The notes under the pieces were generated by a model. The model searched no databases and had not been told where the DNA came from. It saw nothing but the letters and a program-made list of their open reading frames with translations. A program made the translations under genes and the position numbers. Source: Macrostomum lignano (lineage: Eukaryota). From it: DNA of 64,000 bases. The stretch covers positions 248,001-312,000 of the forward strand of contig NIVC01000362.1 of the NCBI GenBank assembly GCA_002269645.1, read 5' to 3'. Below, piece by piece: positions 49,990 to 61,805 of this stretch; position 1 is the stretch's first letter, and every line of letters begins with the position of its first letter.

Positions 49990-50610
49990 TTAATTATAAA
50001 AGTTGCAAGCGTTCAGGTGGCTGCCTCCGATGCTGCGGGTAGCGCTTTGGCGGACTGGCCGGCCGGTCCATTGGGAGTCATCCTGCGACGCGTCACTGAT
50101 GCCGTCGCTTCCGCTTTGCTTGGTGGGTGGCGGAGGTGGCTCATCGGAGACACCGGCCGGTGGCACCGGGTCAGCCTCCGGCAACGAGCTCGTCAACAGC
50201 TGGTCAGTGTGCCGCGGATGGAGAGCGCCGCCGACTCAACGTCGCAATTGCGGGATCCAGCAGACACGACGCTGCCCTCCGTCCAGCGTGTGCGGCCGCC
50301 AGCCTTTGCGTTGGAACTGAAGTTGCGCAGTAGAACTCGGTCACCGACTTGAAACTGGCGTGCATGCGGCTGTTGCTCCACCTGCCGCTCTTGGCGCTGC
50401 TACATGCTGCTCGGCAGCAATGGAATCAGCAGGTCCAGTCGACTGCGCAGGCTGCGGCCGATGAGCAGCTGGCTGGGAGCCTCGCCGGTGATCGAGTGCG
50501 GTATGTTGCGGTAGGACAGCAGAAACTGCTGCAGTGCCGCCGTTAAGTGCCCGCTCTTGAGGAGGTGTCGCTTGAGAACCTGTACAAACCTCTCCGCCTG
50601 GCCGTGCGTC
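49990..50610 (-). mobile_element. Ty3/Gypsy relic: integrase C-terminal part
   Basis: GQAERFVQVLK...FLLSYRNIPHSITGEAPSQLLIGRSLRSRLDLL, an in-frame stop, then RQFQVGDRVLLRN...RWTEG. Confidence 0.8.
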
Positions 50611-51119
50611 AGCTTTTATTCCAGCAATAAAGTAATCGAGGCTCTGCTGGGCTTCTGCACACGCTGTTGAAAGCGGAATATGGCGGATAGCATTGTTGAC
50701 GTCTTGGGAAAATAATGTGCCTTTAGAACAGCAGCTAAAGCCGACTAGGACTTGGAGCTAGGTCACCGTTTCCGGCAGGCCTAGAATCCGAAGAACCTTT
50801 TTAAGCATCCTCCATGATGGCAGTCACCAGTGTGGTGAACATCACCTCGTCTCGGACTTCCCTTTGCAGATAATATAAGGTATATTTCAAGTCTCCCCAA
50901 GTATATTTCAATGTCTGAGTTTGCAGAGAGCTCTGAAATTCTACCAGTTGTACGAGTACGCTCGTAGCATCCTCGTTATACTGGACAAACTGGACAATCC
51001 TCGTATTGTCCAGTTTTGCCAGTGCACCTGAAACTCTTCCTATCCGTATCCGAATTTCCGTTGTCTTAATTTGATTCTCGATCCAACGTGTCCGTGATAT
51101 ACTTGTAATTCTATTTTAT

Positions 51120-51540
51120 TGTTATGCTCAACTGAACCCCAGCTGCACGCCTGTAAATAATATCAGTAAACAGTAGTCAAGATTTTATTGGAGTTGAACA
51201 CACAAAAAGCGCAGGGGGCGCAGGGCCCAAATTCATATATTTATAAGACATTGACTAAAATCAGAGGGGTGGGGGCTGCATCCACGATAAGAGACGGGGT
51301 GAATAATTAGAGCACGAGAGCGCGAGGGAAGTCGAAAAAAAAACAAATCAGTGTGCAATGGGGAGTGGGTATAAGGCGCGACCAGAAGGCAAGGAAAGGC
51401 AGAGATGGAGATAAGGCGCAGAGAGGCAGCCAATCAGAATTGGAGAGATTCAAACATGAGCGAGGAAGGAGCGAGGAAAACAGAAGGTGAAACAAATGAA
51501 GAAAGTCGCTACAACCGCGTCCCCCATGCAATCATGCTAT
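51120..51540 (-). mobile_element. Solo-LTR-like segment
   Basis: On the minus strand: CCAAT-like box, TATAAATA, AATAAA, ending ...CATAACA. No partner LTR or TSD found. Confidence 0.3.
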
Positions 51541-51971
51541 CGATTGCTCAGCCCCCTTCGCACCTTGCTTGACTGATGCATACTCTAAATTAGAGGTTGG
51601 CAAACTCCGGACCGCGGGCCACATGCAGCTCACGTGAAGCCTCTCTATAGCTCATATCTGGCCCTCGGTTCTTTGAAACTTCACAATAGCAATACGAGCC
51701 GCTCAAAGTTTGTGTCTCTTCTCAGCGATCTCTCCTATCTCATCTCCTTCTCTTCCCTCTCCTCTGTTCTAGATTAAACTGTGTTAAAAAATATTACAAG
51801 TTGTTGTGACCCAAGACGGACCAGTCGGCGTTTGTCCCACGCTCTATACGAGCAGGGGGACTCAGCACCCAGTGATGCTGGCTACTTGCCAACCCCTGGT
51901 CAATATAATATGCTTTTTGACACTTTTGAAAAATGCAGATTTTCTCTCAGTCGCACACTTGTAGCGGTTTA

Positions 51972-54900
51972 TTAGTTCGAATGCAGACGGCTAATTATAA
52001 TTATGAGTATTGTGGCTGCGACCGGAGGGTCTCCACCACGTGGCAGTTGTGGCCGGCCGTCCAGGCGGGGGCGGCCTCGTGGCCGCAGAGCCGGAGCCGG
52101 AATCGCCTCGCCGGGATCGAGCGCCGCAGGTTTGAGTCTGTCCACTGCCACGTGATCCTGCCGCGTGCCCAGGTCGAGGCGGAAGGTCTTGGCTCTGCGC
52201 TCAAGGACCTTGAAGGGCCCGAAGTACGGCCGCTGCAGAGATGGCCGGTGGCCGTCGCGGCGGATGAAGAAGTGCGTGCAGGACTCCAGGGCAGCAGGCA
52301 CGGAGGCAGCGACGCGGCCATGTCGCGAGTTTGGAGGCGGCCGGAACGATTGTACCGCGCTGCGTAGCCGGGCTAGGAACTGGTCGTAAGAGCCCGCGGG
52401 TGGCGCGGCCTGCAGGCATTCTCCCGGTACCGTCAGCGGGGCACCGTAGACCAGCTCGGCCGAGGAGGCGCCGATGTCCTCTTTGGGAGCCGTGCGGATG
52501 CCCAGCAACGCCCAGGGCAGCTCGTCGGTCCAAGTTGGTCCCGTCAGGCGCGCCATCAGGGAAGCCTTGAGCTGGCGGTGGAAGCGTTCCACAAAGCCGT
52601 TAGCCTGTGGGTGAAAAGCGGTGGTGTGGTGCAGCTGCACGCCCAGCAGCCTCGACACGTTGGCCCATAGCCCGGAGGTGAACTGGGAGCCGTGGTCGGA
52701 CGTGACGTCACTGGGCACGCCAAAGCGGGCGATCCAACCGGCGATGAAGGCGGACGCGCAGGAGGCAGCGGAAGTGTCGGCCAAGGGGAAAGCCTCCGGC
52801 CAGCGGGAGAACCTGTCGACGACGGTCAGCAGGTGCGTGAAGCCGTGGGACTGCGGCAGCGGTTCGACCAGGTCGATGTGGACGTGCACGAAACGGCTAC
52901 TGGGCACCGGGATGCTGGCGGGCGGGGCGTTCACGTGGCGCTGCACCTTGGCCGTCTGGCAGGCGATGCAGCTGCGAGCCCATTGGCCGACGTCCCTGTT
53001 GATTCCTGGCCACACGAACTTCTCGGACACCAGGCGCCGCGTACTGCGTACGGACGGGTGCGCCAGGCCGTGGACTGCATCGAAAACGGCGCGGCGGAAG
53101 TCGGCGGGCACCAGCGGGCGCGGGCGGCCGGTCACGGTGTCGCAGATGACCTCCAGGCCGGGACGCAACGCCACGCGCTCGAGCCGCAGGCCGGTGCCGG
53201 CGAGCGCGGGATCGTCTGCCCGCTGCGCGCGTGCCAGAGCCGCGTAGTCGATGCTGGGGAGCAGCGGCTGCACAGAGGCGATAGTGCAGCGGGACAGGGC
53301 GTCGGCCACCGGATTGTCCTTGCCCGCCACGTGCCGGATGTCGGTGGTGAACTCCGACACCTATGCGAGGTGCCGCTGCTGGCGCGCTGACCAGGGATCC
53401 GACAACTTGGCCATGGCCGCGACCAGGGGTTTGTGGTCGGTGTAGGCGGTGAAGATGCGGCCTTCCAAAAAGTAGCGGAAATGCCGCGTGGCCAGATAGA
53501 GAGCGAGTAGCTCCCGGTCGAACGCGCTGTACTTTTGTTCAGCCGGTCGCAGTTGGCGGCTGAAGAAAGCTAGTGGCCGCCAGGCCTCGCCGACACGCTG
53601 CGCCAGAACCGCCCAAATGGCGGTGTCCGAGGCGTCGACGTCAGCGCCGTTGGGGCGTCGGGCTCCGGGTGCGCAAGCATGGTAGCGTCAGCCAGGGCCT
53701 GCTTCGTGCTGTTGAAGGCGTCCGTCAGCTCCGGTGTCCACTGAACGATCTTGTCCTTGCTGGCCAGGGCGCCGTAGATGGGGCGCAGCAACTGAACGGC
53801 CCGCGGCACGAACCGGTGATAGAAGTTCACCATGCCGGCGAACTCTTGCAGGCCCTTGACGGTCGCGGGCGGTGCGAATCGGGCGATGGCTTCGACTTTG
53901 TCGGGCAGCGGCACGGCGCCCCGGCTGTTGATGCGGTGGCCCAGAAAGTCGATTTCGCTGCGGCAAAACTGGCAATTGGCTGGATTGACGAGAAGGCCGT
54001 TGTCTGCCAGGCGCTGGAACAGCGTGCGCAGGTGCTCCAGATGCTGCTGAGGGCCGCTGCTCGCCACTAGAAAGTCGTCGATATAGGCAAACACGAAGTC
54101 CAGGCCCTGGCAGACCGTGTCAATCAGCCGTTGGAAGGCCTGGGCGGCGTTCGTTTTTGAGTCCGAATGGTATCCGGAGAAACTCGAACAGGCCGAATGG
54201 CGTGGTGAAGGCCGTCTTGGCGATTTCGGCCTCGGCAACCGGGATCTGGTGGTAGCCCCGCACCAGGTCGATCTTGGAGAAAATGTTGCACCCGGACAGC
54301 CGCGCAGAAAAGTCCTGAATGTGCGGCACCGGGTAGCGGTCGGGCACCGTGGCGTCGTTGAGCCTCCGGAAATCGCCGCAGGGCCGCCAACCCCCGGAGG
54401 CCTTTGGCACCATGTGCAGCGGCGACGACCAAGGGCTGCAGGACCGCCGCACGATGCCCAGCTGCTTCAGGTTGCGGAACTCCTCCTTGGCCACCGCAAG
54501 CTTGTCAGGCGGCAGGCGGCGCGCCCGGGCTTTCTGGAAACTCGGCTCCGTCAGCGTCGGGAACTCCGCGAGCAGCTGGCTGTACGGGTCTCCAGCGACG
54601 GCGGCGGCGAGCTGCGGGGTCGGGCCGGACCCGAGCAGCAGGTGGGCGCTGGACAGCGAGCTAGTGTCGAGCAGACGGCGGTTCGGCATGTCCACCAGGA
54701 GGCCGTGGTGCCGCAGGAAGTCCGCGCCGATAAACGGCCGTGACACCTCGGCCAGGATGAACGGCCAGGTGCAGGTCTTGACGCCGAGGTCGAGCGTTAG
54801 CGTCCGGCTGCCGAACGTCCGGATCGGGCTGCCGTTGGCCGCGAAAAGCGGCGGGCCGGGTGTGTGCGAGCGGGCGTCTGCCCCCGAGACAGGAAAAATG

Positions 54901-54992
54901 CTCACCTCAGCGCCGGTGTCGACCAAAAAGCGCCTGCCCGTGGCTACGTCGGGGGATGAGCAGGAGGTTGTTGCTGCCGGCCGTCGAGGCAT
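51972..54992 (-). pseudogene. pol of Gypsy element 1, disrupted
   Basis: Frameshifts near 54950, 54150 and 53640; in-frame TAG at 53361-53363; apparent deletion between PR and RT. Confidence 0.88.
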
Positions 54993-55685
54993 TCACTGAC
55001 GGCCGGCCGGCCCGTTTCCCGAGAACTGGCAGGGCGGCTCGCAACGCCGGGCCTTGGCGCCGAACTTCCGGTGGAAGAAGCAGATGGGGCCGTCGGCCTC
55101 CCTCGGCTGGTGCTGCTGCGGCTTGGCGCGAGCTGGGCGGGCGGTGGCAGCAACTACCGGTGGGTGCTCTGGCGGCAGGGTGGTGGTGGCCACGGGCTGT
55201 GCCCGGCTCGCCCAGAGTTCATCCGCGAGTCGCGCAATTGCGCGCGGGTCTGCGAAATCCGCGGAAACAAGTGCTAAGCGAATGTCGGCCGGCATCTGCT
55301 GGCGGAAAAGCTCCTCGAAGAGCATGCAGGGCCGGTGATTGCTGAGCAGGGCCAGCATCTCGTCCATAAGCTCGGACGGGCGGCGGTCACTGAGGCCTGC
55401 CAGGTTGAGCAGCCGGCTGGCACGCTGTTGCTGCGTCAGGCCGAATGTGCCGAGGACGCGGGCCTTGAGAGCATCGTACTTGTTCTCAGCCGGCTGTGTC
55501 TCAAGCACGTCCAGCAGGCGCTCGGCTGACTGCTGGTCCAGCGCAGCTACGAGGTGAAAGTACTTGGTAGCGTCTTGCGTGATGTTGCGGAGGACGAATT
55601 GCGCCTCTGCCTGGATGAACCAGGCACGAGGCTGGCTGGCCCAGAACGTGGGCAGCTTGAGGGCTACCACAGACTCAGTTGACAT
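54993..55685 (-). CDS. gag of Gypsy element 1 (230 aa, intact frame)
   Basis: MSTESVVALKLPTFW...WFIQAEAQF...; C-terminal CFFHRKFGAKARRCEPPC knuckle. Confidence 0.88.
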   Translation of the reverse strand: MSTESVVALKLPTFWASQPRAWFIQAEAQFVLRNITQDATKYFHLVAALDQQSAERLLDVLETQPAENKYDALKARVLGTFGLTQQQRASRLLNLAGLSDRRPSELMDEMLALLSNHRPCMLFEELFRQQMPADIRLALVSADFADPRAIARLADELWASRAQPVATTTLPPEHPPVVAATARPARAKPQQHQPREADGPICFFHRKFGAKARRCEPPCQFSGNGPAGRQ

Positions 55686-56231
55686 ACTGAGGAGTTATTC
55701 TTAAACAGGCGGTTGAAAGTCGGGCTCACCAATGTGGCGAGTTGAGCCACGTAAAGTTTATTTGGAAGTAGCAGGGTGCAGGCGCGCGAGACAAAGGTCT
55801 AAAGTTATATAGGCCAGCGGTGTACACTGGGCAGCCAATCAGCGCACAGCGACCGTGCACATAGCGCCGGCCCTCCCGGCCGGGGTTGGGGTGGCTGCCG
55901 GAGCGCGCACGCGCGTGTGGCGTGGCCGCCACAGTATATTTATTTTTATTTAACGATTTAATACTTTGATAATCTATATATCTAAATTAGTTTATCTAAA
56001 GGAATAACAATGTGACTGACTAGTAGAAATACGGCTTGGACCAATCAGGAGACGACGGGGGAAAAACACCGGCATCGGCATTCGGCATTCAGCATTTAAG
56101 TACAAAAGAAGTTCAAAATTGAATTGTATCCTCGGTTTAAATACCATACAAATTCTTCGAATCATACGGTAAAACAAAAGTAACAATAAATTGTAAATTT
56201 ACATACCTAAATAGCAAAATTTAATACAACT

Positions 56232-59200
56232 TGTAGCGAGTGTTTCAAAACGCAGTGGAATTTGTTCTGTGGAAGTGAGATAGAACGGTTGTAAACCCTT
56301 GACGGTCTCTAACTTCGGGTTTATTCGATTTTAGTGGCAGTAACGAGAACAGCTTAAGAATATCGTCTAGGGCCAAAGGGACTCGCTGCTAGCTGATTAA
56401 TGTTTCTCACTGCTACAATTGATACTCCCCCTCCTAGATGAAGTACATCACAATGCATTAGCTAATCGGAGACAAAAAGTTCGAACAGCGCAGGGGAACG
56501 AGTAGGTAAGCAATGCAGATGTCATAGGTTGATTAGTTTATGAACACTGTTCAGGTATTGCTAGGTGGACTGTCCTGGCAAACTTGCACGGAGGTCTCGC
56601 TCTTGAATCGCACGCGGTTTGCGCTGCGCGACCTGGTGTTAGAGGCGGGAGCGTCGCTTGGTGGTGCCGGTGTATCTGCTGGCTGCTCTTTTTGGGCTGT
56701 TGGTAGGGTGGTGGGCTTGACCCGATCGATCGACACTACGCTAGGCTTGCCGTTGATCTTGAGTTTCATTAATTGTGGTGTCGTGCCTGTCAAGTACCGC
56801 GTACGGGCCTTGGTAAGGAGCCTCCAGGGGTCGTCGCACACGGTCCAACCGCAACCACACGTGTGTGCACGAACTCAGCGCGGCTGGCAGATGCACGGCT
56901 ATCTCGCGCGTTCTCGCCTGCCGGTATGGGAAGAAAAGCTGATGTAGACTAGTCGAGAGCACCTTAAGCGCAGTAGTGTCGGTGACGACTAGTGGGACCA
57001 GCGGTTGCTCACCCGTAACAATGGAGAACGGAGAGGCACCTGACTCATCTGGGAAAATGCGCATGCCCAGGAGCACGACGGGCAGTTGCTGCAGCCAGTT
57101 CTTGCCGCGCGCCTTCAAACCGACTTTTAGCGTCCGGTGTAAACGTTCGATGACACCGTTAGCTCTCGAATTATTGGCTGACGTGCGGATGTGGTGGATG
57201 CCGAGTAGGTCCGTCAAGTTCTTTATGAGTTCCGCTCGGAATTGGGATCCCTGGTCACTGATCAGCGTCAAAGGTAGGCCGAACCGAGAAATCCAGGTTT
57301 CCAGGAAGGCTCTGTGGCGGCAATGTTTGAAAACAGTGCTGCCTCGAACCAGTGTGAGTAGGCATCGATTATGGTGAGTAGGTAGTGAGGCTTCAAACCG
57401 GGATCTTCAAACTCAGGAGGCGGTAACGGTCCCACCAGGTTAATGTGTACCGTCGTGAATCTCTGAGATGGCACAGGCGGCTGCTGCAGTGGGCGTTGAA
57501 CATGTCGTCCAGCCTTGCACTGCTGGCATTGTTGGCCCTCGGCTACCCACTTGCGAATGTCGGCACCCATTAGCGGCCAGAAGAAACGATAGCTAATGAG
57601 CCGTTGCGTAGCTTTTCTGCCGGGGTGTGCGAACGAATGCAGCGAGTACTTCAGGAACTACGGGACGCGGGTTAGTCTGCGAAGTCTCACAGCGTAATGG
57701 GTTGTCTTTAATTCCGATATCGAAGTTGCTGAACAAGCCTCCTGGCGGATCGTTGGCGGGTAGACTGTCTTTCTGGCTCGCGCGATAGCTGGCAAATCCA
57801 CCGAGGGTGGGATGTCAGCTAGCAGTCTTACGGACGATAGTGGCTGCGCCTCGGAGGTGAGGTTGGGACGAGATAGTGCATCGGCAACCACGTTGTCCCT
57901 ACCGGCGATGTGAACGATGTCGCTGATAAATTCAGTGATCACGGATAGTTGGCGTTGCTGTCGATCCGAAAAACGCTCCTTTCTGTTGCCGAAGGCTCCG
58001 ATGATGGGCTTGTGGTCGCAGAACACAGTTGTCCGCTGGCCTTGAATCATGTGCTTCCAGGCCTTGACCGCGGCGACGGTGGCGAGGAGTTCCCGATCGA
58101 AGGTGCTGTACGCAGCCTCGGTGTCGGAAAGTTTCCACGAGTAGAAAGCTAGGGGTGTAGACTGGCCGTCCACCACTTGATGTAGAGCACCACCGATGGC
58201 AATTAAGCTGGCGTCCGTTGTGATGGTAAACGCAGCCTGGGGATGCGGAAAGGCGAGCGTGACCGCTTTCGCGAGGCTGTTCTGAAGCGCTTTCCAGGCG
58301 CGACCGTAGTGCTCCGTCCAGACGAATATCGTTGAGACGAGCTGCCGCAATGATAGGAGGTCTTTGCGTAATCAGGGATGCACCGTTGGTAAAATCCAAA
58401 CATCCCGAGGTAGCGCTGCAAGGCCTGGTGGTCAGTAGGAGGTGGCAGCTGTCGGAGGGCCTCGACACGGTGGGGCAGGGGCCGAATGCCCTCCGCAGAC
58501 ACGAGATAGTCGAGAAACTCCACAGACTCGCGGAAGAACCGACACTTGTCCGAATTTACTCCCAAACCTTGCTCTGTAAGTCGTTAAAGCACTTTTTAAT
58601 GTGTACTTGGTGCTCTTCCCGAGACTTGCTGTGCACTAGTATGTCGTCGATGTAGGTAGTAACAAATGGTAGGTCCCGAAACACGGAGTCAACATATCGC
58701 TGAAACGTGCTAGCGGCGTTCCGGAGGCCGAAGGGCATCCGCAGGTATTCGAACGAGCCGAACGGCGTACAAGTGTTGGCAACCAGTGTTGCCCTTCAAG
58801 TGCTCTTGGCCGGTGGCCGACGTGCAGTTTACAGAGGCGAACGGGGTGGTGCAACAGGCGACAGCATGCTCATGCTGTCGGCGATCTTCGCAAACGTGTC
58901 CAGCTCCGCCGTTTCGTGACCGACCAAGACGGAGCGGATGTGGGTGGGCAGTGCAGTTAGGGGCCGAGACTTGATTATGCTGTCATCGACTTGTAATCCT
59001 ACTTCGCGGAATCGCCTCTTGAGATTGGCGGCGTTCCCCGAGCTCCACCGCTGCGAGGGCCTCCTCGATTCGTTGGTGTCGGTTGGCGTTCAAAGCTTCT
59101 AGCACCGATGCTTTAAGCGAGGCGTAGTCCTCTGTGCCTAGGTCGATCGAGCAGGCAACGTCCTCAGGCAGCGCCGCTAGCGTATGATGGAACTTGGTCG

Positions 59201-59581
59201 CAGGGTGGGTGATTCCAGTCAGAGTAATCTGCGATTCCAGTTGCCGGAACCAGATCTCAGGTGACTTCCGGTAGAAGGCGGGAGGTTTGATAGCACGAAG
59301 GCCTCTTGTACATGGTTGCGCCAGGGCTCCAGCTTCGGGCGCCAACGACTGCTGCTGTTCGTCCTCCATACCAACCACGCTCTGCTACCACTTTGTAGCG
59401 AGTGTTTCAAAACGCAGTGGAATTTGCTCTGTGGAAGTGAGATAGAACGGTTGTAAACCCTTGACGGGCTCTAACTTCGGCTTTATTCGATTTTAGAGAC
59501 AGTAACGAGAACAGCTTAAGAATATCGTCTTAGGGCCAAAAGGGACTCGCTGCTAGCTGATTAATGTTTCTCACTGCTACA
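56232..59581 (-). mobile_element. Defective Ty3/Gypsy LTR retrotransposon 2 with both LTRs (56232-56417, 59394-59581)
   Basis: LTRs TGTAGC...GCTACA differ by 5 substitutions and 2 indels. PBS TGGTAGCAGAG (initiator tRNA-Met, 59380-59390); PPT AGGAGGGGGA. Frameshifted gag (IKPPAFY...WFRQLE), RT (YIDD), RH and IN; protease and the start of RT are missing. Confidence 0.93.
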
Positions 59582-60016
59582 AGATAAAAATTACATAATA
59601 ATAAATACACAAAAATACACTATTTAAAAACATAATTACATCTACATCGTTACACACTCACACGTTCTTTAAATGCAGGAAAAGCTTAAAAAGTGTACCC
59701 TAGACAAAAATTCTTGCAATTTTTTTTTAATTGATAAACTCTGGATTGTAGGATTCATACATCGATTTTGCGTGCTTAAATGGTCTATGCACGAGTGCGC
59801 GCAGCGCACGAGTGCCATAGACCATTTAAGCACAAAAAATCGATGTATGAGTTGCATTGTATTACGTTGGCTTAATACTTTAGATGGCGCGTTAGATGCA
59901 CGCTCAGTTAATTTGTCTTAACCATAGACAAAAATGCGTGAAAGGCACGCAAGTTGATTGAGTGTTGCGAAGAAGGGAATAAGAAGCTGTTAAATTAAAA
60001 TCACATGTGAGAGAAT

Positions 60017-60457
60017 ATGGCTGAGCCACCAACTAAAGTCAGACTTCTGAATCTGAGCAAATTTCCAAACGAAATGATTTCCGGCTTGTCCACCAATGAG
60101 ATTGACGAGCCTGATAATCTACCGGAGTCGGCAATTGATCGAGAAGAGGAGGATCTTCTGGAGGCACTTTTCAAGAAGATACCTGACGAAGAAGCTGAAC
60201 TACTTGAATTGGAACAGCTCGTTTCCGAAATCGAGGACACCGCTGCTAGTAAAAGTGTGACAAAGGCTACCGAATATTATGTCGGTAAGTTGCAGAGCTT
60301 CATGGAGAACCATCCGTCAGTTCAGCGTGATTTGGCGACTTCTACACCGCGCGAGATCGACAGTCTATTGCGATACTTCTATGGCTCACTTCGCAAGAGG
60401 AATGGCGAATACTTTGCTCCAGCCACGTTGATTTGTATCCGAGCTGCGCTCTACCGG
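60017..60457 (+). mobile_element. Crypton (tyrosine-recombinase transposon)-like ORF, 3'-truncated
   Basis: TKATEYYV...EIDSLLRYFYGSLRKRNGEYFAPATLICIRAALYR matches the N-terminal region shared by CryptonA and the derived ZMYM/QRICH1/KIAA1958 proteins. The catalytic domain is absent. Confidence 0.75.
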
Positions 60458-60727
60458 ATAAAATATACTCACTTTCCGTGCATTACACGCACGCGTTAGA
60501 CGCACGCTTGTTGCCTTTACTCAGATAGAAAATTGCCATAGACACCTACATTAGACGCACAGTAAATCGTGCATCTAACGCGCGCCAGCGTGATACAATG
60601 AACATGCATTTTTTTGTTATGCATTTACGCTCAATTTATGCAGGTCTTACTCTTGTCTTTACTTTTTGCCTCGCAATTTGTACTTCTTTAGCATGACTAT
60701 GGTTTTAAAGGATGACTGGTATGTACC

Positions 60728-61082
60728 CATTGGCGTACTTAGGGGGGGATACGGGGATATATCCATCCACTTTTGACAATTTTTAGGAAAAAATGAGGTT
60801 TTTTGAAAAAATGCAAATCAAAGCGGCTTAGACTCAGCAAAATTGCCAAAAATTGGCTTATTTCACTCGTAAATTACTATTAAAATGTTTTAAACGATAT
60901 TTTCGCGAACTCTAGTTCCTAAAATGCCGTAGTCAGGACAGACGTCTGCCGACTTTATTCCGATTTTAACAAAGTAAAGTTTTTTAGCCTAATAAGCAAG
61001 GTTTTGGTACTTTTTAAATGCATATTTTGAGCAAAAATTGCAAAGTTATCCCCCCTTTTTCAAAATCCTAGTTATGCCACTG
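60728..61082. mobile_element. hAT-type MITE (355 bp)
   Basis: TIRs CATTGGCGTACTTAGG / CCTAGTTATGCCACTG. Exact 8 bp TSD TATGTACC at 60720-60727 and 61083-61090. Confidence 0.88.
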
Positions 61083-61289
61083 TATGTACCCGAGCCTTAC
61101 AGACATGGCAGAAGTTAAAACAGGTAAAAAGTCTTTCTTGATTCTTTCTTGTCTAGCTAGACCTAATGCCAGGGTGACCCATGTATTGGTTTCCCGACAG
61201 AAATTCAGGCAGACATTCAGAAATCTTTCAGTAAATGTTTAACAAAATTGACTATTTAGTAAGCAAGACAGTGTAAATTTTAAGACATT

Positions 61290-61570
61290 TTTACGCATGT
61301 CTCTTCTTTAAAAAGACACCTCAGACACACACAAAGACGCTTCACAAGCTGAGATAATCCCTAGCAAATGTTGTTACGACGTTTTCTAATACAGAATACT
61401 GGATATAATCGTTTTTTGAGAAGCCGCTACATCGTCGCATTTTGCTTTTTCTGAATGAAAATTGCACAGCTGCTTTACGCATGTCTCTGCTTTAAAAAGA
61501 CACCTCAGACACACACAAAGACGCTTCACCAGCTGAGAATCCCTAGCAAATGTTGTTACGACATTTTCTA
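61290..61570. repeat. Direct duplication of about 100 bp, spacing about 185 bp
   Basis: TTTACGCATGTCTC...AAAAAGACACCTCAGACACACACAAAGACGCTTCAC...CCCTAGCAAATGTTGTTACGAC occurs twice. Confidence 0.85.
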
Positions 61571-61805
61571 AATACCACTAAATACCACTGTAAATATCAC
61601 TGTATTATTGTAATTGATATTATTACTATTAATTATTATGATAATAAGACTATTATTTTATTACTGTATTCATATTGTGGTAGGGCTCTTAAAATTCATC
61701 GTAACTACGCGAATTATTATTTATTACTAATGACTCAAGTGAGAATACTAACGGGCGCAAGTGATTCACTGGAAACTCTTGCACATGCGAAACCGAATAG
61801 GATAC

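Larger units (their letters stand above)
51960..55933 (-). mobile_element. Defective Ty3/Gypsy LTR retrotransposon 1 (5' LTR 55733-55933; no matching 3' LTR)
   Basis: 201 bp LTR TGTGGCG...CGCCACA with TATA and AATAAA; PBS TGGTGAGCCCGAC (55719-55731); gag, then PR (LVDTGA), RT (YIDD), RH (DAS, DRELLA, TDHKP), IN (HP..CxxC, DHGSQF, GFVER). Confidence 0.92.

Noticed and set aside
51592-51700. hAT/Charlie-like end (GGCAAACTCCGGACCGCGGGCCACATGC)
   Set aside because: Only one degenerate end, with no partner TIR or TSD.
51933-55557. Numerous plus-strand ORFs of 100-230 aa
   Set aside because: Antisense shadows of the GC-rich Gypsy gag-pol.
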